Position numbers and translations under genes: made by a program. Shown here one piece after another: positions 37,661-49,808 of a DNA stretch of 64,000 bases (within the stretch, counting starts at the first letter, position 1; each line of letters opens with the position of its first letter). The DNA comes from an uncultured bacterium (GTDB taxonomy: Bacteria; Krumholzibacteriota; Krumholzibacteriia; JACNKJ01): positions 1,408,001-1,472,000 of the forward strand of contig CAVOFT010000001.1 in the NCBI GenBank assembly GCA_963695095.1. The letters are read 5' to 3'. The notes below the pieces were generated by a model, which was not told the origin of the DNA, did not search any database, and saw nothing but the letters and a program-made list of their open reading frames with translations.

Positions 37661-37674
37661 CTGAAAGGAACTGC

Positions 37675-40356
<2,682 letters not shown>

Positions 40357-40433
40357 GGTCGAGGCCACGCACGAAGGCTCATCGTAACCAGGATCAACAT
40401 ACCTCTATATCTGATTTCTGGAGATCTCGGGGC

Positions 40434-40479
40434 AATCGGCGAATTGAATCTCTAGATTTCGCCGATTCTGTGCTATCTT
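40434..40479 (+). promoter_or_regulatory. inverted-repeat operator overlapping an extended -10 promoter
   Basis: AATCGGCGAA-N14-TTCGCCGATT (40434-40467) with nested AATCT/AGATT; TGcTATCTT at 40471-40479. Confidence 0.55.
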
Positions 40480-40585
40480 GGAACCTACGTCGGACCTGCG
40501 GCATCCCAGTGGCCGACGCCGGGAATGGGGGCCCGTCAGGGGGTCGCCGCAGCCAGAATCCGAATCACCAAACCAGGGAGTAATC

Positions 40586-41272
40586 ATGCGCAAGCACCTG
40601 CTTTTGCCCAGCCTTCTCGCCATCGGCCTGCTCGGCCTCGGTTCCAGCTTCGCGCTGGCCTGCAACGGCGCCAAGACCAAGACCACGAGCACGGCCAGCG
40701 CTGCGGGCAGCAGCTGCGCCGGCAAGACGGAGGCCAGCGCGGCCAGCGTCCCTGGCACGAGCAGCAGCGCCGCGGATTGCGCGGCGGCCTGCGCCGCGGC
40801 CAAGACGGCCAGCGCGGCGGGCGCCTGCGGCAGTGCAGCGAGTGTCCAGACCGCCGGTGCCGCCGGCCACTGCAACGGCGCGGCGACGAAGACCGCGAGC
40901 AGCGATGCCTGCGCGGCCAAGGCCGACTTCTTCATCAGCAGCTACCTCTGCCTGAGCAAGGCGGCCAGCGGCCACTGCAACGTGAGCATGCAGACCGCCG
41001 CGGCGACCTGGAACGAGGGCCTGCAGAAGCTCATCGCCAGCGCCGAGGCCGCCCAGCACCGCGAGGCGCTGCAGACCCTCGCCGGCCAGCTCGCCGATTG
41101 GCCCGCGGATGCCGCTGCCGCTGACGCCCGCTTCCGCGCGGTGTCCGAGTGGACGGCCGGCTACTGCGAGCGCTTTCCCGAGAAGACGGCCGGAGCCAAG
41201 GTCATGACCTGCCCCGAGACGGGCAAGCGCTGGGTCGAGATCGAGACGACCGCCGCCGACGGCCAGTCCTGA
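40586..41272 (+). CDS. secreted Cys-studded low-complexity protein with a DUF3347-like C-terminal domain
   Basis: GGGAG RBS; signal peptide; Ala/Ser/Thr linker with spaced Cys; YL.L.KA...RF.AVS...CP..G.RW. Confidence 0.65.
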   Translation: MRKHLLLPSLLAIGLLGLGSSFALACNGAKTKTTSTASAAGSSCAGKTEASAASVPGTSSSAADCAAACAAAKTASAAGACGSAASVQTAGAAGHCNGAATKTASSDACAAKADFFISSYLCLSKAASGHCNVSMQTAAATWNEGLQKLIASAEAAQHREALQTLAGQLADWPADAAAADARFRAVSEWTAGYCERFPEKTAGAKVMTCPETGKRWVEIETTAADGQS

Positions 41273-41310
41273 TTCATGTAAGCACGGAGCCCCCTCAAGC
41301 ACCTCCGTTC

Positions 41311-41342
41311 AGCGCCCCTCCCCTGCGGGAGGGGCGCTTTTT
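41311..41342 (+). terminator. intrinsic terminator
   Basis: AGCGCCCCTCCC-CTGC-GGGAGGGGCGCT followed by TTTT. Confidence 0.9.
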
Positions 41343-41386
41343 CACGGGCGATTGCGCCGGCCGCCCGGCCGCCCTATCCTGGCCGC

Positions 41387-42043
41387 ATGCCCCGTGAATC
41401 CCTCGCCGCCAAGCGCCGCCGCGCCGCCCGCCTCGAGGCCGCCCTCGCCCGGCTCTATCCGGACGCGCACTGCAGCCTGGGCTTCGCCGACCCCTACCAG
41501 CTCTGGGTGGCGACCGTGCTGAGCGCCCAGTGCACGGACGAGCGCGTGAACCAGGTGACGCCCGCCCTCTTTGCCGCGGCGCCGGACGTCGCGGCCCTCG
41601 CGGCGCTGCCCCCCGCGCGGCTGGAGGACTTGATCCGCAGCACGGGCTTCTTTCGCAGCAAGGCGCGCCACCTCCAGGCCGCGGCCCGGCAGCTGCTCGC
41701 CGAGCACGGCGGCTGCCTGCCCGCGGACATGAGGGCCCTCACCGCGCTGCCGGGCGTGGGCCGCAAGACCGCCAATGTCATCCTGGGCAATGCCTTCGGG
41801 GTGCCCGGCCTGCCGGTGGACACGCATGTCGGCCGCCTGGCGCGGCGCCTCGGCCTGACGCGGCAGGAGGATCCGGTGAAGGTCGAGACCGAGCTGATGG
41901 CGCTCTTTCCGGCAGCGGTCTGGACGGCGCTCAGCCACCGGCTCATCCAGCACGGGCGCAGCGTCTGCGCCAGCCGCAAGCCGCGCTGCGCCGCCTGCGC
42001 CCTGGCCGCGGACTGCCCGGCCGCCTCAGTCGACGGGCAGTAG
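41387..42043 (+). CDS. nth: endonuclease III
   Basis: LSAQCTD.RVN, LPGVGRKTANV, VDTHV.R, C..RKPRC..C.L...CP. Confidence 0.96.
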   Translation: MPRESLAAKRRRAARLEAALARLYPDAHCSLGFADPYQLWVATVLSAQCTDERVNQVTPALFAAAPDVAALAALPPARLEDLIRSTGFFRSKARHLQAAARQLLAEHGGCLPADMRALTALPGVGRKTANVILGNAFGVPGLPVDTHVGRLARRLGLTRQEDPVKVETELMALFPAAVWTALSHRLIQHGRSVCASRKPRCAACALAADCPAASVDGQ

Positions 42044-44093
42044 GATGAGCTTGCTCGTCTCCATGCGCTCATCGAGACGGGCCCGCAGGAAGTAGACGCC
42101 GCCCGCCTGCGCCTTGCCGCTCTCATCGCGCCCGCGCCAGACCCAGTCCAGGGCGCCGGCCTCGTGGTGGCCGTCCCAGAGGCTGATCACCCGGCGCCCG
42201 GTCACGTCGTAGATGGCGAGCGAGAGCGTTCCCGCGCGACGCAGTGCAAGCTGGATGCTCGTGCCCTCGGCGGGGCGGAAGGGATTGGGATAGGGGGCGA
42301 GCAGGGCGAGCGCTGCGCTGAGATCGGGGCCCGGCAGGGCGCGGTGCAGCAGCCGGTGATCGGGGTCGAGCGCCACGCTCACGGGTTCGGTCGCCAGGCT
42401 CCACTGGAAGCTGTTCAGCGCGGCGGCGGGCACCACGCGCAGGGTGCTGTCCGGCGCGCCGCCGGCGAAGCTCACGCGCAGGTCCAGGGAGTCGGGGTAG
42501 AGATCCCCGCCCTGGGTCTGCCGGATCTCCACGCTGAGCTGCCAGTCGCCGCTTCCCGCCGGCCGCCGCCCAGGACCAGGCATAGACGGGCTGACCGACG
42601 CCGTAGACCCAGCGCGCGAAGAAGCCGTCGATCTCGGCCTCGCTCGCCCGCGTCGCATAGCGCTTCACGGCCGCGATGAAGTCGGCGGTGGTCGCCGTGC
42701 CCATCACGTGCGGCGAGTCCTGCGCCCAGTAGCGCAGCAGATCGAAGAAGTCATCGTCACCGAGGAGCTGCCGCAGCATGTGCAGCACCCAGCCGCCCTT
42801 CCAGTAGGCCGTGATGTTGAAGGTGTACTCGGGCGCGTAGACGCTGCCGGGGAAGGCCTCGCCATTGGGCAGCCGGCGGCGAACGTACATGTACTCGCCG
42901 GCGCTGTAGCGGCCCAGGTGCTCGTAGTAGAGCGCTTCGCCGTAGGTGGCGAAGCCCTCGTTGAGCCAGATGTCCTCCCAGGTGGCCGGGCCGACGGCGT
43001 CGCCGAACCACTGGTGGGCCAGCTCGTGCGGCTGGACGAAGTGGGCGCTGTCGCTGGAGGCGATCACCGTGGTGCCGATGCTGCTCAGGGTCTGGTGCTC
43101 CATGCCGCCGCCGAAGCTGTACTCGGCCACGCCGTACTTCTCGTCGGCGAAGGGGTACTCGCCGAAGCGCTCGCGGAAGGCGTCGAGCATGTCGCTGATC
43201 AGGGGCAGGTTCTGCTCGGCCTGCGCCACGTGGTGGGGCCGGATGAACCAGGTGAGCGGCAGGCTGTCGCCCCCGCCGAGATCGTAGCTCTCGGTCCAGG
43301 GCAGCCCGTCCGCCGTGGGCGAGTGGAAGGGGGCCACCGTGATCGCCACCAGGTAGGTGGCGATGGGGTGCCGCTCGCGCCAGCGGTAGGTGCGCGTGCC
43401 GTCGCCGGGCGCATCGATGCCCTCGAGCACGCCGTTGGCGGCGACGACCATCGTGTCGGGCACGGTGATGGCCAGGGCGAGGCTGTCGGGCTTGTGGCTG
43501 AGCCGATCGATGCAGGGCCACCAGCTGCCGGCGTTCTGCGTCTCGGTCATCGTCTGGCAGGTGCGGATGCGGCGATCCTGATCGTCCAGGTACTCGGGAA
43601 ACCAGAACGCGCCGAAGCCGATGCTGTTCTCCTCGGCGAGGTAGTCCACTTCGATCACGCGCTCGAGGCCGACGCTGCCGCCCGGCGTCTGGATGGAAAT
43701 CGTCTCGTCATCCAGGCGGCGCCAGCTCGCGGCGGCGCCGTCCACGCGCACGGCGCTGGGAGTGAGGCTCTCCAGGGCGTCGAGCACCAGGCTGTCGGCG
43801 ACGGCGATGGGGGTGAGGAAGGCGCGCACGCTGCCCGCAAAGTTCAGCGCCGCGAAGTCCAGGCTGCCGCTGATCTCGTAGTAGCGGGCCTCCCACTCGC
43901 TCTGGCCGGCCTGTCCTTCGCCGCTGCGTCCCAGCGCGCCCAGGTGGTGGCGGCAATAGGGGATGCTGCCGTCCTCGCGCAGCTTGTCGGTGGCGGGCTC
44001 GTCGGCGGCCGCCGGCGCGGCGGCGAGGGCCAGGCCCAGCAGGGCGAGCGCGGTCAGGCGAGGGAACTGGGATCGGCGCGGCGACAGGCTCAT
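42026..44093 (-). CDS. secreted M1 aminopeptidase with a C-terminal FlgD-Ig/T9SS-like domain; one +1 frameshift near 42555
   Basis: Signal peptide; GGMEHQT, HELAHQWFGD, WLNEGFATY, Y.KG.WVLHMLR; PYPNPF...GVYFLR tail in the adjacent frame. Confidence 0.88.
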
Positions 44094-44166
44094 GGCGGGT
44101 CCTCCCGGGCGGCGTTGCCTCGACTCTAGCATGCTGCCGGCGTCGAGGCCAGGCCTTCGGCCGCGC

Positions 44167-45004
44167 TCAGATGCCGACCAGGATGCCGATCGACAGACGC
44201 ACGCCGCTGAGATCCATCGGGTAGGAGCCGCCGAGGATGTCGTTCTTGCCCCAGTCCTCGATTGCGCTCGGGTCCGTTTCCGGCCGGATGTGCTGCAGCG
44301 AGCCCGCGTAGTCGAAGGTCTGGCGGATGTCGCCCATCACTCCTTGCATCTCGGCGTTCAGGGCCACGCGGCTGCCGAAGCGATAGATGAGGCCGGCCAG
44401 GCCGATGTAGGCCATCGTCGTGTCGCGCGCGCCGATGTCGAAGTGCTTGTCCGGCAGCAGCGGAGAATCGGGGTCGTCGTCGTCCACCTGGACGCCGGAG
44501 CTGTTCAAGAGGTCGATCTGCAGGTGGCTGTCGGCCATCACCAGGCCGATTCCGAAGCCGACATAGGGCAGCAGCTTCTGGTTGCGGACGAAATCCAGGC
44601 CGTAGTGCACGGTCAGAGTCGAGCTCGTGCAGGTTCGTCGACAGCTCGCGCGGCGACGTCCATCCCGGGGGCAAGAAGGTCTCCGCACTGCTGTAGCTGG
44701 AGAAGCTGTAGGTGGCCGCCAGGCCCAGCGCCGGTCGATAGGCCCAGTAGGCGCGCAGTCCCGCGGGCGTGCCGGTCTCGAAATCCGTCAGGCGGATCCC
44801 GGGCTCGCTGCCCAGGAGGGGCATGATGTCGTTCGTCCGGAAGAGGAGATCGGCATGGCTGGGCCCGGCATAGGTGGCGACCAAAGGGCCCAGGCTCCAG
44901 CGCGGGCCGTGGAAGCCGGCTACCGGCGGCGCCGCCGAGGCGGTGGCCGCGCTGACGAGGAGGATGACCGTCAGCATCGCAAGCGCGGACAGGGGGCGGC
45001 GCAT
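44167..45004 (-). CDS. outer-membrane beta-barrel protein (OmpW/OmpA-TM-like); one +1 frameshift near 44618
   Basis: Signal peptide; amphipathic strands, LLPYVGFGIG, AGL.YRF; C-terminal RLSIGILVGI. Confidence 0.7.
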
Positions 45005-45055
45005 GGGATCTCCTTCCGGGGGACGCCGAAAGGTAAGGCCGGAAACGACGCAGAA

Positions 45056-46350
45056 TCAAGCCCCTTCGCCGCTCCGCGGAGCCGCCAGCCGAGCGGCCAG
45101 GAACTCGAGGCTGCGCGGCAGGGCGCTCGCGCCGGCTTCGACGAAGGCCAGCGCCGCGGCGCCCGCGCGGGCGAGCTGTTCCGGCTCGTCGAGGCAGCGC
45201 CGCCAGCGCTCGAGCAGTTCGGCCGCATCGGCGACGACGAAGGCGCCGCCGCTCGGCCACCAATCGCCGGGCCTCGTCGGCGCGACCGAAGCGCGGGACC
45301 GCAGAGCACGGCGAGGCCGCGCGCCGCCGGCTCGAGCACGCTGTGCAGGCCGCGCCCGAAGCCGCCGCCCACGAGGGCGAGCTGCCCCGCCGCGTAGAGC
45401 TCGGGCAGGATGCCCACTCGGTCAGCAACGCAGACGCCGCCAGCGGCGAGATCGGCCCGCTCGCCGAGGGTCCACAGGGGCAGGCCCCGCGCCGCGGCGG
45501 CCTCGCGCAGGCGGGCGATCGCCGCGGCCGTGGGCTCGTGGGGCACGAGCAGCAGGCGCAGGTCGGCTCGCGTCGGCCTGAGCGCGGCGAAGGCGGCCAG
45601 CAGCATGTCCTCCTCGACCGGCCAGCTGCTGCCCGCGACGAGACAGAAACCCTCGCCCGCGCCGGCCAGCGGCAGCGGCCGCGCCTCCGCCCGGCGGGCG
45701 AGCACGCGATCGAAGCGCGTGTCGCCGGTGACGGCGAGCCGATCGGCCGCGACGCCGAGCGCCGCGAAGGCCCGCGCGTCGGCCTCGCTCGCGGCCCCGA
45801 TGCCGGTCAGCCGGCGATGGAGCGGCGCCGCGATCAGGCGGCCCGGCCAGCGGGCGCGTCCCGAGTCCGTCCCCAGCGCCGCGCCGAGCAGCAGCACGGG
45901 GACGCCGCGGCGCTCGGCCTCGAGCACGAGGTTGGGCCAGAGGTCCCACTTGACCGCGATCACCGCCCGCGGGCGGAAGGCGGCCAGGAGCCGAGCCATG
46001 GCCCGCGGCGTGTCCAGGGGCAGGGGGAGCACCAGGTCCGCCTCGCCGAGCCGCTCGCCGGCGGCCCGCGCCGAGATCGAGCTCAGGGTGACGAGCAGCC
46101 CCGCCTCGGGATCGCGGGCGCGCAGACCCGCGAGCAGGGGCCGCGCCTGCTCCAGCTCGCCGGCGCTGGCCGCGTGGAGCCAGTAGCGCGGGTTGCGCGC
46201 GGCGAGCCGGGCGAGCGCCGCCGGCGCGGGGGGACAGTCCCGACGCCAGCGGAGCCCGGCCCGCAGCTTGGGCGCCCAGGGCGAGGCCACCCTGGCCAGC
46301 GCCGGCAGGAGCGGCGAGAGGAATCGGTAGAGCCCCAGCCACGGGTTCAC
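45056..46350 (-). CDS. waaA: 3-deoxy-D-manno-octulosonic acid (Kdo) transferase; two +1 frameshifts near 45295 and 45252
   Basis: WLHAASAGE, LPLD, DLWPNL, TGDTRFD, AGSSW..E, LVPHEP, VGGGF...HSVLEPA; the rejoined C-terminus ends ...APRSGEGA. Confidence 0.88.
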
Positions 46351-47387
46351 TGCAGCGCCCCCATGTCCGCCAGGGCGGCGAGGACGGACTCGACGCCGAT
46401 CGCGGCCAGGCAGTTGCCGTGGCCGAAGCGACAGGGCTTCTCGCCGTGCAGGGAGCAGGGCCGGCAGGCGAGCGGCAGCTCGAGCAGGCGGCTGGCGCCG
46501 AGGCGCGGCGCGAAGCCGAAGGCGGGCACCGTGGGACCGTAGAGATCGATCACGGGCCGTCCCACGAGCTCGGCCAGGTGCACGAGGCCGCTATCGCCCG
46601 CCACGAGGGCGCGCGCGCGCGCGAGCGCCGCCGCCACGTGGGAGAGGGGTCGATCGCCGCTGTAGTCCACGGCGCCGAGGGCGGCCAGCGCAGCGCAGGC
46701 CTCGCGCTCGTCCGGCCCGCCGACGAGCAGCAGCGGCCAGCGCCCGGCCAGGCGCTCGACGAGGGCGGCGGCGTGCGGCCAGGTCTTGGCCGGCCAGGCC
46801 GCGCCCGGGGCCAGGGCGATGGGCCGGACCCCGGCGGGAAGGCCGAGGGCGGCCAGCTCGGCGTCCACGCCATCGCCGAGGGCAGCGGCGAGCGGGTAGG
46901 CGGCCGCTCGCCCGCCCGCGGGCCGGTAGGCCTCGCCGAGGGCGGCCGCGACCGTGGACCGATGGCGGATCCACACGGGCGTCAGCGGGGCGCGCGGCCG
47001 CAGGAGTGCCGGCCAGCCGGGACGGGCGATCATCAGTCGCCGGCGCAGGTCGTGCCGGGGGCTGGCCCACCAGCCCAGCCGGGGCGCGGCGAGCTGCCGC
47101 CGGAGCAGGCGGCTGCGCAGGTTGCCGTGGAAATCGAGAACGCGGTCGAAGCCCTCGCCGGCCAGGTTGCGGCCCAGCGCGGCGAGCTCCGCGCGGCCGG
47201 CCCCGCGGGGCAGGGTCCAGAGCCGATCGAGCTGCGGCAGCGGCTGCAGCAGCGAGGCCCAGGGCTCGAGCACGAGGAAGTGGCGCTCGCCGGCCGGCTC
47301 GCTGGCCGCCAGGTCCCAGAGGGCCGGCAGCGTGAGTGCCAGGTCGCCGAGCGAGCCGAAGCGGATGAGCAGTGTCTTCGTCGGCAT
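46347..47387 (-). CDS. glycosyltransferase family 9 (LPS heptosyltransferase-like)
   Basis: LIRFGSLGDL, DFHGNLRS, APGA.W..K.W, GDSGL.HLA, LYGPT, CRPC. Confidence 0.9.
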   Translation of the reverse strand: MPTKTLLIRFGSLGDLALTLPALWDLAASEPAGERHFLVLEPWASLLQPLPQLDRLWTLPRGAGRAELAALGRNLAGEGFDRVLDFHGNLRSRLLRRQLAAPRLGWWASPRHDLRRRLMIARPGWPALLRPRAPLTPVWIRHRSTVAAALGEAYRPAGGRAAAYPLAAALGDGVDAELAALGLPAGVRPIALAPGAAWPAKTWPHAAALVERLAGRWPLLLVGGPDEREACAALAALGAVDYSGDRPLSHVAAALARARALVAGDSGLVHLAELVGRPVIDLYGPTVPAFGFAPRLGASRLLELPLACRPCSLHGEKPCRFGHGNCLAAIGVESVLAALADMGALQ

Positions 47388-47434
47388 CGGGCGCGCGCTC
47401 CCCGGCGCCTCCCGCGGCTGGCGGGAAGCGCGCC

Positions 47435-47463
47435 AGTCTAGGGCGGCCCACCGGAAGCGTCAA
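47435..47463 (-). promoter_or_regulatory. sigma70-type promoter for the GT9-waaA operon
   Basis: Minus strand TTGACG-N17-TAGACT. Confidence 0.6.
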
Positions 47464-47535
47464 GCGAGGCCGGCTTCTTGTTGACAGGAGGGGGTGGCCC
47501 GGGGAAGCTGGCCGCGAGGATCGAGGATCGTCACC

Positions 47536-48558
47536 ATGGACCCAACTCGCGAGCCGGTCGGCATCGATGCGCACGACCTGCGCCACCTGCTCAGCCTGCT
47601 GGCTTGCGACCTCCGACTCACGCGGGGGCGCCTGGGCGGGGCGGCGGCTGAGCGCCTGCCCGCGCTCGGCGCGCTGCTGGCGCGCCTGGACGCGGGCCTC
47701 GACGGCATCGCCGGCTCCTTCGCGGTCGGTCTGCACGCGAGCGCCGATCTGCGGCCCGCGCCCGGCGGGCGACCGCTGGCGGACCGCGCCGACCTCGTGG
47801 CGGCGCTCTGGGAGCGCTTCGAGCGCGCGGGCCGCCTCCCGGCGGGCCGCGCGAGCCTGACCCTGGAGCGGCCCCTGCTGTGGCCCGGCCCGGGCCCGCT
47901 CTGGCAGAGCCTCCTGCTCAACCTGCTCACGAACGCTTGCGCGGCAGCTCCGGACGGACCGGTGGCCCTGATCGCCGATGCCGATGGCCTGCGCGTGCGC
48001 AATGGCGGCCGCCTGCCCGCGCCCAGCCTGGTGGCCGCGCTCGCCGCGGGCCAGTCGCCGCCTCCCGGCGCCGATGGTCACGGCCGCGGCCTGGGGCTCA
48101 TCGTCAGTGCTGCGCGCAGCCTGGGCCTGCATCTCGAGCCTCAGCTCGACGCGGAGGCGGGCAGCTTCGAAGTGGCCTGCCAGCGCGCGCCGCGCGGCGC
48201 GCCGGCCCTCCTGCTCGTCGAGGACGACGCCGATCTGCGCGAGATGCTCGCCGAACTGCTGCGCGCCGAGGGTTTCCGCGTGCAGGTCCGGGCCGGGGGC
48301 GAGGGCCCGGCCCCGGCGGCAGGGCGCTACGCCGCGATGGTCGCCGATCTCAATCTGCCCGGCACGGGCGGGGACCGCTTGCTCGCCGCCTGGCGCGAGG
48401 CCGATCCCGGCCTCTTCACCCTGCTGCTCACCGGCGACAGCGCGGCGGCCGACCGCCGCTGGCCCGGCGTCGATGCGGTGCTGGTCAAACCGGGGCTCGG
48501 CCGCCTGCGCGAGCTGCTTGCGCCTCTGCGCCGCCAGCGGCCGGGGAGCGGCGCATGA
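47536..48558 (+). CDS. atypical hybrid histidine kinase-receiver protein with no sensor domain
   Basis: H-box-like AHDLRHLLS, N-box LLLNLLTNA, G2 GHGRGLGL; receiver LLVEDD...ADLNLPG...LLTG...KP. Confidence 0.7.
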   Translation: MDPTREPVGIDAHDLRHLLSLLACDLRLTRGRLGGAAAERLPALGALLARLDAGLDGIAGSFAVGLHASADLRPAPGGRPLADRADLVAALWERFERAGRLPAGRASLTLERPLLWPGPGPLWQSLLLNLLTNACAAAPDGPVALIADADGLRVRNGGRLPAPSLVAALAAGQSPPPGADGHGRGLGLIVSAARSLGLHLEPQLDAEAGSFEVACQRAPRGAPALLLVEDDADLREMLAELLRAEGFRVQVRAGGEGPAPAAGRYAAMVADLNLPGTGGDRLLAAWREADPGLFTLLLTGDSAAADRRWPGVDAVLVKPGLGRLRELLAPLRRQRPGSGA

Positions 48559-49808
48559 GCCTGGATCTCGTGGTCGCGGGCCTGTGTCTCGGCCTGCTCG
48601 CCTGCTCGGCCTTCTTCTCGGGTGCGGAAACGGCGCTGTTCGCCCTCGGGCCTCAGCAGCGCCATGAGCTGGCTCAGCGCAGTGATCCGGCGGCCCGCCG
48701 GGTCACCCGCCTGCTGCACGACCTGGGCTCGGTGCTCATCACCATCCTGATCGGCAACACGCTCGTGAACATCACGCTGGCGGCGCTGGCCTCCCGGCTC
48801 ATCCTGGGTTACCTGGGCGAGACGAGCGGCCCCCTGGTGACGCTGGGTCTGGTGACGGGCCTGCTCGTGGTGTTCGGCGAGATCCTGCCCAAGAGCGTGG
48901 CCGTGGGTACGCCGATGCGGACCAGCCTGCGCGTGGCGGGGCCGCTCCTGCGCGTCCAGCAGCTGCTGGCCGGACCCACGGCCCTGCTGCGCCGGCTGAG
49001 CCGCAAGCTGCTCGGCGTGCTCGAGCGCCTGCTGCCGGGCGACAGCCTGGCGATACGCGGCGAGGAGATGCTGGCCCTGCTCAGCCTCGGCGAGGAGAGC
49101 GGCAGCTTCCGCGCGCGCGAACGGCAGCTCGTCGAAGGGGTCTTCCAGCTCGGCGACCTGCGCGCCGGAGCCCTGATGACCCCGCGCGTGGACCTCTTCC
49201 TGCTCGAAGCCGGCACCACGGTCGAGGCGGCAGCGGGGGCCATGCGCCGCGCCGGCCACAGTCTCGCCCCCGTCTACCGCGAGTCCAGCGACCACATCGT
49301 CGGCGTGGTGAGCGCGCTGGCGCTCTTGGCCGAAACGGATCTCGCGCGGCCCGTCGGCGAGTTGGCCGAACCAGTCGAGTTCTGCCCGGAGAGCCGCAAG
49401 GCGGATGCCCTGCTCGTCGAGCTGCTCGCGCAGGACGCTGCCCTGGCCATCGTGCTCGACGAGTACGGCGCCCTCGCCGGTCTCATCAGCGTGGACGACC
49501 TGTTCGGCCTCGTGGTCGGCCGGCTTCGCCAGCAGAGCAAGGACGAGCTGCACTATCGGCTTCTGGACGCCGGCACCCTGATCGCCTCCAGCCGCCTGCC
49601 CGTGATCCGCTTGCCGGAGATCCTGGGGCTGCGCCTGCCGCCGGCGGAGGCCGAGACCCTGGGCGGCTACCTGATGGAAAGGCTGGGAGAGGTGCCGGAG
49701 ATGGGCCACTCCTACCGCATCGATGGGCTGACCTGGACCGTGCTCTCCGCGCGCGGCCCGGCGCTGGGCGCCTTGCGCATCGAGCGGGCTGGGGAGCGCG
49801 CGCCATGA
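48555..49808 (+). CDS. CNNM/hemolysin family protein (DUF21-CBS-CorC)
   Basis: SAFFSGAETALF, TILIGNTLVN, FGEILPKS, MTPRVD, VLDEYG..GL, AETLGG. Confidence 0.9.
   Translation: MSLDLVVAGLCLGLLACSAFFSGAETALFALGPQQRHELAQRSDPAARRVTRLLHDLGSVLITILIGNTLVNITLAALASRLILGYLGETSGPLVTLGLVTGLLVVFGEILPKSVAVGTPMRTSLRVAGPLLRVQQLLAGPTALLRRLSRKLLGVLERLLPGDSLAIRGEEMLALLSLGEESGSFRARERQLVEGVFQLGDLRAGALMTPRVDLFLLEAGTTVEAAAGAMRRAGHSLAPVYRESSDHIVGVVSALALLAETDLARPVGELAEPVEFCPESRKADALLVELLAQDAALAIVLDEYGALAGLISVDDLFGLVVGRLRQQSKDELHYRLLDAGTLIASSRLPVIRLPEILGLRLPPAEAETLGGYLMERLGEVPEMGHSYRIDGLTWTVLSARGPALGALRIERAGERAP

Noticed and set aside
40480..40585. Cobalamin or c-di-AMP riboswitch in the leader
   Set aside because: Only isolated fragments (GGGAA, AGCCAGAA, CCCGTCAG) match; the required order and core stems are not present.
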